In this document: piece after piece, positions 10,335 through 20,133 of the stretch
Numbering within the stretch: the first letter of the stretch is position 1
Layout: each line of letters opens with the position of its first letter
Assembly (NCBI GenBank): GCA_050951805.1
Contig: JBMNJT010000003.1
Coordinates: 96,001-160,000, forward strand
DNA length: 64,000 nt
Origin: Bacillota bacterium
Lineage (GTDB): Bacteria; Bacillota; DTU025
Reading direction: 5' to 3'
Translations under genes and position numbers: made by a program
The notes under the pieces: model-generated
Told to the model about the DNA's origin: nothing
What the model saw: the letters and a program-made list of their open reading frames with translations, nothing else
Database searches by the model: none

Positions 10335-10943
10335 ATGGAGGCTGAATACGTGAAAGAACAAGAACGTAATGATGAAGTTATGAAGGCCGCGTTTGAGGTG
10401 TTCGCAGAATACGGTTACAGGAAAGCGACGCTCGATGATATCGCTCAACGACTGGGATTGACAAAGAGCGCTCTTTACCTGTATTCCGACGGCAAGCGGG
10501 ACCTATATGAGAAATGTGTGGGCCGTGCGCTGATAGAGTGGCAATCATACGTGGCCGATGCGGTAGCGAAGGAAGAGAATGTCTGCAGAAAGTTTGTTGC
10601 ATTATGCCAGTCGTCCTTCGATTGGCTTCTGAACAATCGCGACATGCAAATGATCCTAAGTCGCGACCCCAATGTCTTTCCGCTATTCGGAGAGGATGAT
10701 CCGTACTTCGAGATCAACCAAAAGTCCATCAAAATGCTGGATGACGTGTTAGAGCGCGGAGTGGCTGAAGGACGTTTCAGGCCAATAGACCGGGAGGTTG
10801 TGACGAACCTGCTTTTTTGGATATACAAGATGGTCATAATCGGAACCTGCGTCACCCCGGACGCCGTAGATGTTAGGCGCCTCATCAACGGCGGGCTCGA
10901 TGTGATATTGCACGGAGTGTTTGTGCCCGGTGAATGCGGGTAA
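10335..10943 (+). CDS. TetR/AcrR family regulator
   Basis: AAFEVFAEYGYRKATLDDIAQRLGLTKSALYLY HTH. Confidence 0.92.
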   Translation: MEAEYVKEQERNDEVMKAAFEVFAEYGYRKATLDDIAQRLGLTKSALYLYSDGKRDLYEKCVGRALIEWQSYVADAVAKEENVCRKFVALCQSSFDWLLNNRDMQMILSRDPNVFPLFGEDDPYFEINQKSIKMLDDVLERGVAEGRFRPIDREVVTNLLFWIYKMVIIGTCVTPDAVDVRRLINGGLDVILHGVFVPGECG

Positions 10944-10991
10944 GAACGGGGAGACGAGGGAATACGCGAGTTGCAAGGGAGGAGGGTCACT

Positions 10992-11393
10992 ATGGAAGAC
11001 AAGCTCAAATATCTCAGCCCTGAGTGGCGTGACGAGGCGTACAGGAGGCTTTCAGCCGAGCTCGACCCGGAGAAGATGAACTATGCAACTACGTCTTTGG
11101 TATCCGTCTATCACAACTGCCCTGACGGAAAGGAACGCTATTTCTTTGTGAGCTGCGCGGATGGGGCTATCGGAGATGTGTCTGTGGGCGAGGGCGAGCC
11201 GCCGGAAGCGGAGTTTTCAATCTCCGGCGACTATGACGTGTTTGCCAAAATGTCCAGGGGCGAGCTGGGAGCTCAGGCTGCCCTAATGAGCGGCAAGCTG
11301 AAACTGAAGGGGAACATGGTTAAAGCCCTCAAATTGTCGTCGCTGGCTGACAGGCTCAATCGCGTAATAGCCACGATTCCCACTCAATTCTAA
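10992..11393 (+). CDS. SCP2 sterol-carrier (lipid-binding) domain protein
   Basis: C-terminal AQAALMSGKLKLKGNM signature; GGAGG RBS. Confidence 0.85.
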   Translation: MEDKLKYLSPEWRDEAYRRLSAELDPEKMNYATTSLVSVYHNCPDGKERYFFVSCADGAIGDVSVGEGEPPEAEFSISGDYDVFAKMSRGELGAQAALMSGKLKLKGNMVKALKLSSLADRLNRVIATIPTQF

Positions 11394-11409
11394 TCGAGGA
11401 GGCGAGATC

Positions 11410-12642
11410 ATGGGAAAGAAGACATGTTGTACAGAGAACGATCCGTTCTTCATCGATTATCCTGGGAGGATCAAGAGCATACAGGAAGCCATGGCCAATG
11501 AGGGCTTTGATGTTTACCTCGGTTCTCGCCTGCGCACCATTTCGTGGACTACTGATGCCTTTTGCCCGTGGCGAAGCTATATCGTGATTCCTAGGGAAGG
11601 GCTGCCAACGCTTTTCACCTTCGTCATCGACGCCTCACGGGTGGCTGATGACACATGGCTTCCGGAGGACAATGTTAGGGGTTATGCTCCCTTAGGCGGG
11701 CAGGATCAGATCACGCAGATTTCCGACTTTATAAAGGATGAACTGAAGATAAGGAAAGGGCGGCTCGCTTACGAGACAGGCCTTTCCAATTACACGCCTG
11801 AGGGCAACCTCAGCCAGTATGAGTATGAGATGTTTACTGCTGCGTTGCCGGGCCTCGAGTTCGTCAATGCCCATATCATTGTAGACAGGCTGTCGCTGAT
11901 CAAAGATGAGGGAACCATCAACCGTTTTCGGGAGGCCTCGCGGTACACCGACGTCGGCCATGAGGCGGTCAGGGAGGCCCTTGTGAACGGGGGCTGGAAG
12001 GGCAAGACCGAGACTGAGATCGCAGGGATCGCGGAGTGTGCAATGAGGAAGGCTGGGAGCGAGTGGGCTTGGTCTTTCACTGCCGGCAACGAGATAGCTT
12101 CAGGGTATCGCACGGGATATGCGGGAGGGGCATGCACGCCTGCGACCCGTAGGGAACTGCAGCCCGGCGATTCCCTCATGGTAGACCTCCACGCCATGTA
12201 CAGGCTGGGTCTTGGGGATTATGCTTATAACTACCTTATAGCTCCTGTTACCGACAGGATGAGGTGGCACGCGCGTAATTACATAGACGTGGTGCAGATG
12301 TGCATCGACAACTACCGGGAGGGGATTACTCCTCTGGGACTGGCCAGTATGGTGATGGAAATGGCGGAGGAACGCGGGTTCACCGATTACGTGGTTCCAG
12401 GGTTTGAACATGGAATCGGGATGATGGGAGACGAGTGGAGGATAGGCTTGAACACCGGGCCTATCAAGTACTGGACGGATCCCAACCATGTGTACCAAGC
12501 CGGGGAAATGCTCATATGCGCGGTGCAATATGCGTGCCCGGAGGAGAAAATTGGGTTCAGGTATGAATGCCCGATTCTCATACACGAAAACTGCTGCGAG
12601 CTGATGGCCAAGTTCCCGCTTGATGTTGAGGAGATAGATTAG
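11410..12642 (+). CDS. M24 (pita-bread fold) Xaa-Pro peptidase/creatinase-like hydrolase
   Basis: Creatinase-like N-domain, IKDE, TETEIAG, VDL...GD, EHGIG, GFRYE. Confidence 0.8.
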   Translation: MGKKTCCTENDPFFIDYPGRIKSIQEAMANEGFDVYLGSRLRTISWTTDAFCPWRSYIVIPREGLPTLFTFVIDASRVADDTWLPEDNVRGYAPLGGQDQITQISDFIKDELKIRKGRLAYETGLSNYTPEGNLSQYEYEMFTAALPGLEFVNAHIIVDRLSLIKDEGTINRFREASRYTDVGHEAVREALVNGGWKGKTETEIAGIAECAMRKAGSEWAWSFTAGNEIASGYRTGYAGGACTPATRRELQPGDSLMVDLHAMYRLGLGDYAYNYLIAPVTDRMRWHARNYIDVVQMCIDNYREGITPLGLASMVMEMAEERGFTDYVVPGFEHGIGMMGDEWRIGLNTGPIKYWTDPNHVYQAGEMLICAVQYACPEEKIGFRYECPILIHENCCELMAKFPLDVEEID

Positions 12643-12706
12643 GCCTGAACGGACGCTCGTAGAGGGACTATAGGGCCGAAGAATATCCGTTTGCGAGGAG
12701 GGTCGC

Positions 12707-14119
12707 TTGATGTACGATGTAATCGTTGTCGGCGGGGGAAGCGCAGGCTTGTGGACTGCAAAGACGGCCGCGGAGAACGGATGCAAGGTCTTGCTCATCG
12801 ACAAGAGGGCAAAGGATGACATAGGAAGGAAGATCAGCTACGACTCTACCCCGCCCTATGTTTTCGAACAATTGGGGATCCCGCTTCCGTCAGGTAAGGA
12901 ACTGGATGATACAGGCGATGTGCTTACGGTGATCTCACCTAACAAGAAACACAGGGTCGAGGCGGCTGTTCCAAACGTCCTTTTCAGCCGTCGCCTCCTA
13001 GGACAGAGGCTTGCCGGCTATGCTGCCGACGCCGGTGTGGAGTTCATGTACAGGACTGAGGTTGTGGGCCCTGTGATTGAGGATGGCTATGTGGTCGGCG
13101 TGAGAGCTAGGCATCTCGATTCCTGCGACGAAGAGGAGATTCGCGCGAGGATCGTAGTGGATGCATCGGGGTTCTACGCAGTCATACGGAGGAAGCTTCC
13201 TCCCGAAATCCTCGTTCAGGATCCGCAGTACTGCGAGGATGTGGTCTTGGGATACAGGGAGGTGCGGAGGATAGTAGGGGAATCCAATGACTGTCCGCCG
13301 CCGGAATATCGCGGATATTACGACTATCTGGGGTACCATGGAGGTTACTTGTGGATCGTTCGCGAAGAGAACAACTGGGCCAACATTGGCATAGGCGTTC
13401 AGGATTATCCGGGGAACCCGGGTCCGGTAAGGCCGGTGCAGGAATTCGCCGACGACAATCCCGCCATTGGGCCTGAATGCATGGTCAGGGGGAGTGGCGA
13501 TCCCATGTACATACCGCTTCGCTCTTGCCAACCGCAGCTTTCGGCCAATGGGTTCATGATGGTTGGCGACGCGGCGTGCCAGGTCAGGCCGTCTACGGGA
13601 TATGGTTGGCATACGGGTCTTCTTGCCGGGGATATTGCCGGCAAGGTGGCGGCCGAGGCAGTGAAGAAGCAGGACGTGAGCCGGGAGGCCTTGTGGGATT
13701 ATGATGTTGGGTGGAAACGCGGGCTCGGGGCGATTCTCGCTTCGTTTGATGCGATCCGCATCATGTGCCAGAGCGTTCCCAATGACGAATTGGATTTTCT
13801 ACTTGCCAAGGGGATCCTCGGATCAGAACAGATAGAGGCTTTGTGGAATGACAAGCCGTTTGAGGTGGGAACAGGAAAGCAGGTTTCATCCTTCTTCGCT
13901 GGAATAGGTCATACAGGGCTTCTTTTGAAAGTCAAATCCGTTATCGATTCTGCGGACAAGCTTTACAAGCTCTTTTTGGAGGCGCCTGACTCGCCTGAGG
14001 GCTTTGAAGAATGGAACCGAGAGCGTGTAGAGATATTTACTAATCTCAGGGCCAAACTAGGCGTTAAGGTGCATGAAAAAGATTACTTCGGCGAGGGCAT
14101 GAAACACGAGTTGAAATGA
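12707..14119 (+). CDS. Geranylgeranyl reductase-family FAD oxidoreductase
   Basis: YDVIVVGGGSAG, VDASG, GYLW, NIGIG, VGDAACQVRPSTGYG. Confidence 0.85.
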   Translation: MMYDVIVVGGGSAGLWTAKTAAENGCKVLLIDKRAKDDIGRKISYDSTPPYVFEQLGIPLPSGKELDDTGDVLTVISPNKKHRVEAAVPNVLFSRRLLGQRLAGYAADAGVEFMYRTEVVGPVIEDGYVVGVRARHLDSCDEEEIRARIVVDASGFYAVIRRKLPPEILVQDPQYCEDVVLGYREVRRIVGESNDCPPPEYRGYYDYLGYHGGYLWIVREENNWANIGIGVQDYPGNPGPVRPVQEFADDNPAIGPECMVRGSGDPMYIPLRSCQPQLSANGFMMVGDAACQVRPSTGYGWHTGLLAGDIAGKVAAEAVKKQDVSREALWDYDVGWKRGLGAILASFDAIRIMCQSVPNDELDFLLAKGILGSEQIEALWNDKPFEVGTGKQVSSFFAGIGHTGLLLKVKSVIDSADKLYKLFLEAPDSPEGFEEWNRERVEIFTNLRAKLGVKVHEKDYFGEGMKHELK

Positions 14120-14180
14120 ACAGCAGGTGGAAAGACGCCCGGCAATGCCTGTCAACGGCGTCATGCGAACCTACCTTCGC

Positions 14181-14222
14181 TGGGCAACGCGGCAGGGGAC
14201 ATGCTCTCTGCCGCGTTGCCCA
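14181..14222 (+). terminator. Long hairpin ending the TetR-SCP2-M24-GGR operon
   Basis: tgggcaacgcggcag...ctgccgcgttgccca inverted repeat. Confidence 0.6.
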
Positions 14223-14293
14223 TTATCTGACGAGGCGGAGCCTTGAGGACGGCGTGCGATAATGGCCCCATACTACGATTGGAGGAGAGACAG

Positions 14294-15310
14294 ATGAAGG
14301 CTCGGCGCAGGATTGTCGGGATGTTAGTTGTCGGGTTAATATTGGTGGCGTTGGCACCTACAACCGTTGCCATTGAGGCTCTTCACTACCGCCTGGTGGG
14401 CGAGGTGAATGGAAAATGGTCTGTGCAGATGGACTTGGTTGTCGATGGCGCGCAGGTGTCAGGGGAGTATTGGTATGATGCATACGGCATTCCGCTCGTG
14501 CTCGACGGGGTGAATAGAGGGGGATCGTTGATCGTTAAGGAAAGAACTGCTGATGGCAAGGTTTCCGGAGAGTGGGCCTTTGATTTCAACCCCTTTGTCA
14601 CCGAGTGGAAAGGAACCTGGACGAGTGCTGACCGGACAAGGAGATATCCCTTCTCCCTTCGGCTTCTGGCGGACATGGTTCAGACTCAGGAGGTCAGAAG
14701 AGGATTCATCCGCGTGTGGTTGGAGCGCCCGTTATTCGCAGAAGCCAAATCTAATAGGAGCATGGCAGTGGTGCAGGAAATAGTAGACAGTCAGCTCTGG
14801 TCCTCAGTTGATGAGGATTTCACGTTTTTTCCCGAGATGTACCCCGACTATTGCAGGGCAGGCATGTACTGGGAACACGTAGACCACGTAACGATCAGGT
14901 ACGCATCGAACAGTATCATCAGCATGATGCATGAGACGTACGGGTATGCTGGAGGCGCCCACGGCATGACGTGGTATACGCCTATCAATTTGCGGCTTTC
15001 GTCTTCCGGCGCGTCAGGATTCGGCCTCGATGACGTGTTCCTCAAGGGCAGCGGTTGGGAGAAGAAGGTCTCAGAGCTGATAATCGCGGACTTGAAGAAG
15101 CAGAAAGCGGGTTGGATAACGCGTGGCGAGGTGACCGAGGTCGGTGTGGACTTGCTCGACAGGTTCACTGTGAGCCCTGCCGGAATCGACTTTTACTTTG
15201 GCCCGTATGAAATGGGGTGCTATGCGGAAGGAAGCTATGTTTCCTTCCTGCCTTGGTCAGCTCTGAAGGGGTTTGTTGATACGTCGGGGCCAGCGGGCTT
15301 TCTAAAATAA
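14294..15310 (+). CDS. Secreted DUF4163/DUF3298 (RsiV-like) protein
   Basis: Signal peptide, YGYAGGAHG, FYFGPYEMGCYAEG. Confidence 0.8.
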   Translation: MKARRRIVGMLVVGLILVALAPTTVAIEALHYRLVGEVNGKWSVQMDLVVDGAQVSGEYWYDAYGIPLVLDGVNRGGSLIVKERTADGKVSGEWAFDFNPFVTEWKGTWTSADRTRRYPFSLRLLADMVQTQEVRRGFIRVWLERPLFAEAKSNRSMAVVQEIVDSQLWSSVDEDFTFFPEMYPDYCRAGMYWEHVDHVTIRYASNSIISMMHETYGYAGGAHGMTWYTPINLRLSSSGASGFGLDDVFLKGSGWEKKVSELIIADLKKQKAGWITRGEVTEVGVDLLDRFTVSPAGIDFYFGPYEMGCYAEGSYVSFLPWSALKGFVDTSGPAGFLK

Positions 15311-15526
15311 AGAAGCGATGGGATGAGGCGTTGTCGTATGCTGGTTTCTTGATGCAGCTTTGCGCCTGTGGAGCTGCTGGTGCGCTTGCCGTAAAATGGA
15401 ATAGTATGGGGTGGCAGACCGTGCTGATCGCGTATGCCTCGGCGAATTGGTGCTGATGGCAGTCGACTTTGACGGTCTTGTTTCATAGATTGGCTGTGAT
15501 GAGGCTGAAGGAGGTGCAATCGTGAC

Positions 15527-15985
15527 ATGATGCCTGAGGAGTTTTTCGAGTTGCTCAGGCCGCACGCTGAAAAGGTTTTCGAGGAGACCGGGATTCCGGT
15601 GGAGATCATGCTGGCTCAGGCTGCTCTCGAGACTGGGTGGCTGAAGAACCCTATCCGCGACAAGTATACGGGAAAAGAGGCGTTCAACCTTTTCAACATA
15701 AAAGGAGAGGGACCTGCGGGTTCGGTTATGGCGAACGATATTGACTACATCAAGGGCAAGAAGGTTCACGTCGAAGCCGAATTCAGGGCCTACAACAGCT
15801 ACGAAGAATCATTTGCCGACTATGCGTCCCTCCTTACGGAGGCGCAACGTTATGCTCCGGCCCTGGCAGTAAGGGATGATCCAGTCGCGTTTGCCTGGGA
15901 GCTCCAGCGCGCGGGCTATGCAACTGATCCCAATTACGCAAACAAGCTCATCTCGATTATGCAGCGTCACATGGGAGTAACATGA
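15527..15985 (+). CDS. GH73 glucosaminidase/muramidase, FlgJ C-terminal-like, stand-alone
   Basis: AQAALETGW, NLFNIK, FRAYNSYEESFADY, AGYATDPNYANKL. Confidence 0.9.
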   Translation: MMPEEFFELLRPHAEKVFEETGIPVEIMLAQAALETGWLKNPIRDKYTGKEAFNLFNIKGEGPAGSVMANDIDYIKGKKVHVEAEFRAYNSYEESFADYASLLTEAQRYAPALAVRDDPVAFAWELQRAGYATDPNYANKLISIMQRHMGVT

Positions 15986-15993
15986 CCAACAGC

Positions 15994-16025
15994 AGGCGCG
16001 CAGCAGGGCCACCTGTCGCGCGCCT
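15994..16025. terminator. Hairpin between convergent genes
   Basis: aggcgcgc-agcagg...cctg-gcgcgcct imperfect inverted repeat. Confidence 0.45.
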
Positions 16026-16040
16026 CGATATCGGGGTTTG

Positions 16041-18926
16041 CTATAGCGGGGTGCCTGACAGCTTCACGTAGATCGTGAAATCAGACTGTGGTTCGGGCGC
16101 CGTCCCGCGCCATACTATAGGTTTGGCCAGGCCTAAAGAGATAAGTCCCCTTCCACTGGTGTAGCCCGGAACTATGGAAGCTCCCACTTCCATGCCCACG
16201 CTGGCCACGAAGTTTTCCAATGTGAAACACGGACCGGCCGAACCTGCGTCGATGAAGACAGATGCCTGAAGATCATCGATGAAGATGCTGGTCGGCCCGA
16301 AGCTTGCCTCAACCGGCGCCAATGTGAATGCGTACTCAGCGCTGCCGAGCATGATGTGGGTTCCCGATGAGTAGGCGTGTTCGACTCCTCTGACGGGATA
16401 CTTCCCATCATGTCCTCCTATGCAAAGCATGTCTGCATAACTTTCAGAACCAGTCCATCCCGCCACGGCTTGGACTTCAAACCGGTTGTTCCTGGTCATC
16501 GGCAGCCTCACGGAGTCTGCCAGTGTCACCGATATCTCCGGTGTCCATGGCCCCGCAAATGTGCTAGAGGTCAGTGCGGCTTGTGCCTGCAGCGTGGCTG
16601 TGGACCGGAGGAGATCGCGTCCCACAATATGGGATAGGTCTCCATCGGCGGCGAGGAGATGATAATGGGTTCCTGTGAGGCCTGCATGGGCATATTCTAT
16701 GGTGAGCCCGCCTGACCAGGACGGATCGCCCCACATAGGAAAAGAGATAGCGACGCTCTGCGAGTTGCCTTTCGGGCCACCTGATATTGTCAAGCTCAGC
16801 GGGAAACGTGCATTCTGCTGGTCCATGTAGGCAAGTTGGCAGGTGGGACCGCCATTGGCCAGATCCAATCCCACGCCGGCAACGTACTGTCTGAGCCCCA
16901 CCGGTTCGACGCCGAGGACGAGCGCCTCCACACCCTCTGCAGTGACGTTTGGGACCCAAAAAGTAGGCGCCATGTGAGCCAACGGCATGTATGGCGTTAT
17001 CTCGTATTCCCATGCCTGGCGAGGCGGAAGGTCGGGGATGGGGTCATGTTTTCGGGGAGCGGGGCGAGCCGATGCGATGTCCAAGTCTGTGAGGAGGAGA
17101 TCGTAACCGTCCTTGCCGTACCCCACAAAAAGGAGGAGGCTGCCGTCAGGAGAGACTGATGGGAAGAACGCTCCTGAGAGCACGTTGGTGACCTTGCATA
17201 TTTCGCCGGTCTCGACATCAGCTGCGTATATGTTATAGACTCCATCAGGATCTGAGCTGAAGAGGACGTGGCGTCCATCGGGTGTCCATGTCGGGTCGCA
17301 ATCCTGCGCCAGATCTGACGTGACCTGCACGATATTGCTCCCCTCCTGCGACATCAGGTAGATGTCTTGGTATCCCCCTGGTCTCCATATTGACAAGGCT
17401 ATGCTCTGGCCGTCGGGGGATGGTTCGAATGAGTGTATTGCGCCCCGCCAATCTGCAAAAGAGCGGATGGCGCGGGTTGTTCCCGTGGCCATATCCACAG
17501 CGCACAGGGCTGAGCTGCCATCGTGGCCGTCTATTCTGGCGTAGTAGACTTGGTTGCCGTCGGGGCTGAACCGTGCGTAGTAGGCGCGCTCTCCCTTGGT
17601 GAGCCTCGTCTCCTTGCCTGATCTGAGGTTGCGGACGTACAGGTCGCGTTCGAGGTAGGGACCTGCATTGAACTGTGGTTTTGAATAGACTATCCATTCG
17701 CCATCTGCAGAGAGGCCGGGGAATGCGCCGTCATAGCCTATGCAGGCGAAAGCCTCCCGGTCTGCGCCGGTTGCGGGGTCGATCAACCTCACTCCGTTCC
17801 TGATTGAAGAGTAGTTTGCGTAGGCCGCAAGGCCTGTTCCTTTCGACCAGGAGGGTGATTCCACGACTCCGCCGAGGGACGTCAGTCGGATGGCGGGGGT
17901 GAGCCCTTCTGCGGCTATCGATTCTGCCTCGGCCAAAAACTCTCCACGGAGAGCCTCGATGAAACCGTCGTACAGCTCCGCTATGCTGACGCCCAGGGCT
18001 TTGCGGACGGATCGGTTGAAGCTGCCGCCCAATGGGAACCCTCTGGCGTATATGTCGGCGATGTCGGCCAGGGCGCGATCGCCATAGGCATCTTCGATGT
18101 ATTTCATGAAAAGTGCCCCGAAGTTGTACCCCAGGAGTTGTGACGGAGGCCATAGATCCCGCTTGTAGAAGTAGCTGATCTGTTCGAAGGTGGGAAAAGC
18201 GTCGTCGAGCGCCATTTGCCGCGCCATCATCCTCGTGCGGGAATCGGATACGCGGGACTCGCCAAGGGCCTTGTATTTTTCATAGACTGCGAGGCCTTCT
18301 ACGAACGGGATTGGCTTGACGGAGTTTGGCATGACTATTTTGCCAAAAAGCAGCCTGGCGAGGCGTGCGCCCCCTCGGACCTGATTGAGCTCTATTTCGT
18401 GGACAAGCTCGTGAAAGAGCAGGGCCTCGAGCCAGGAAGGGTTTTTTGTGTTTCCCACATCAGACCATCTCAGGTTCGCGGTGTATATGGTTATGCAATC
18501 GAACACGGGAAGGGTGAATCCATTCGTCGCATCTACCTGGTCGGTAATGACTAAATCAATGACGTTCTGGGCTTCCCCAAACTCCTGTTTCAAAATGGCG
18601 TATGCGTGCTCCGCCAGGAAGGCCGCTTCCTGAGCTACGTCTGCGAGTCCATCATGGAAATGGACGTTGAAATGCTCGGTCTTCAGCGTCCACCACCTGA
18701 TGTGTGCAGAGGATGCATCTTGTTTGGCGGTGGCCGCCAGGTATTGTTCTGCAGATGCGTGGACTGAAGGTGAGTGGGCAAGGGCTACTCCGGCGCAAAG
18801 AAGGAATGCGATCATGACGACGGGAAGCGCCGGATGCGGATTTTGGCGTGATCGCCTATGTGCTACGATAGATCTTCTCAAGGCAGAAACCTCCCCGGGG
18901 CATGGCGCGCCGGCTGAGCGCAACAT
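16041..18926 (-). CDS. Exported protein: gluzincin-like peptidase + TolB/PD40 beta-propeller + Omp85/BamA-like C-terminal barrel (start uncertain)
   Basis: Signal-peptide-like segment; HELVH and EGLA; repeats FSPDG/PSPDG/WTPDG/VSPDG; PVRG...SAEY...VFIDAG barrel motifs. Confidence 0.75.
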   Translation of the reverse strand: MLRSAGAPCPGEVSALRRSIVAHRRSRQNPHPALPVVMIAFLLCAGVALAHSPSVHASAEQYLAATAKQDASSAHIRWWTLKTEHFNVHFHDGLADVAQEAAFLAEHAYAILKQEFGEAQNVIDLVITDQVDATNGFTLPVFDCITIYTANLRWSDVGNTKNPSWLEALLFHELVHEIELNQVRGGARLARLLFGKIVMPNSVKPIPFVEGLAVYEKYKALGESRVSDSRTRMMARQMALDDAFPTFEQISYFYKRDLWPPSQLLGYNFGALFMKYIEDAYGDRALADIADIYARGFPLGGSFNRSVRKALGVSIAELYDGFIEALRGEFLAEAESIAAEGLTPAIRLTSLGGVVESPSWSKGTGLAAYANYSSIRNGVRLIDPATGADREAFACIGYDGAFPGLSADGEWIVYSKPQFNAGPYLERDLYVRNLRSGKETRLTKGERAYYARFSPDGNQVYYARIDGHDGSSALCAVDMATGTTRAIRSFADWRGAIHSFEPSPDGQSIALSIWRPGGYQDIYLMSQEGSNIVQVTSDLAQDCDPTWTPDGRHVLFSSDPDGVYNIYAADVETGEICKVTNVLSGAFFPSVSPDGSLLLFVGYGKDGYDLLLTDLDIASARPAPRKHDPIPDLPPRQAWEYEITPYMPLAHMAPTFWVPNVTAEGVEALVLGVEPVGLRQYVAGVGLDLANGGPTCQLAYMDQQNARFPLSLTISGGPKGNSQSVAISFPMWGDPSWSGGLTIEYAHAGLTGTHYHLLAADGDLSHIVGRDLLRSTATLQAQAALTSSTFAGPWTPEISVTLADSVRLPMTRNNRFEVQAVAGWTGSESYADMLCIGGHDGKYPVRGVEHAYSSGTHIMLGSAEYAFTLAPVEASFGPTSIFIDDLQASVFIDAGSAGPCFTLENFVASVGMEVGASIVPGYTSGRGLISLGLAKPIVWRGTAPEPQSDFTIYVKLSGTPL

Positions 18927-19154
18927 TTCCCCAGCTTTCGTTATCTTCGGAAATATGGCCTAGTTATGATGATTACTCCCCTCGAAGTCATTATCCTTCC
19001 AGCTTCGGGCGAGTCAGTTGCCAGAGGGGAGGAGGTTGGCGCTTGCAGTGGGATCCGAAAGGCGAGCACAAAATGGTGTGCGGTTCTACCAGTTGGGGGC
19101 CGGCCGGGAGGGCCAGCCCCCAACGAAGAGTCTGCACAGTCAATAGTCTGAGTT

Positions 19155-19556
19155 CTACGATTCGGGCGACGATCGATCTATCTGAGGTTTGCGGTCGTCC
19201 AAGAGAGAGTCGACACACTTTGCGACATCCCATATGTCGAATGGCTTTGTAATGAGCGCTTGATAGTCGCAGGCGTTTGGGAAATCGTCGCTGTCGGGTG
19301 ATGCTCCTGTAATGAGGATTACAGGCAATCCGCTGGTGCGAGGCGCGGCTCCAATCCTGCCGAGCAGCTCTCTGCCATCCATCACGGGCATCATGACGTC
19401 GACAAGCAGGATGTCGGGGAGAGGATCACAAGACAGTAGGCCTATTGCCTCCAGCCCGTTGCATGCCGTTGCCACACAGTGACCGAGCAATTCGAGCGCT
19501 TCCTGGAATACTCCTCTGATATCTGGGTCATCGTCGACAATTAGGATGTTGGCCAA
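19155..19556 (-). CDS. Single-domain response regulator (receiver)
   Basis: ILIVDDD, LVDVMMPVMDG, TKPF; TTG start behind AGGAGG. Confidence 0.88.
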   Translation of the reverse strand: MANILIVDDDPDIRGVFQEALELLGHCVATACNGLEAIGLLSCDPLPDILLVDVMMPVMDGRELLGRIGAAPRTSGLPVILITGASPDSDDFPNACDYQALITKPFDIWDVAKCVDSLLDDRKPQIDRSSPES

Positions 19557-20133
19557 AGCAAATCCCTCCTCGTTGCAATCCTGATATGAAAGACTGGGCT
19601 CACAACACTGGATTCCTAGCGATTTGGTTTCCACTGGGTTGACATTGTCATGTTCTGTCTTGCGAGTTTATGGTGGCACACGCCAGACGGTTCCAGGCTC
19701 TGGAAGCACCAAAGGACTGTGTGAGCATCGCAACTTATGAAGATAATTCGGCGAAGCTTTCTTCGAACCTCTTACCTTTTGCCGCCATATATCGGCATCA
19801 TTCGAGGTAAATCGTGTTTTCTATGGAGACGTGCGTTAACACGTGCTGTTGCTCACTGCAGAAGGCATGGGGTCTTTGATGCCGGGTTTTTTCGTTGCAT
19901 GGTAGTTTGATACAGAAAGGGGTGGTCGATCGTGGAGCGTAGATAGTTCGGACGATCCGGGTCGAGGTTTCAACTCTGGTTTTTGGCTGTGTGCGGTTGA
20001 CGACGCGAAACAACGAACCCAGTGCCATACTGGAGGATGAAGCTATTGAGAGGACTTGCTGTGGCGGCTATGGGTTAGGGCGAATGCGCCCACATAATGC
20101 TGGGCAACCTCTAGTAGGTAGGGGGTATGCGAC

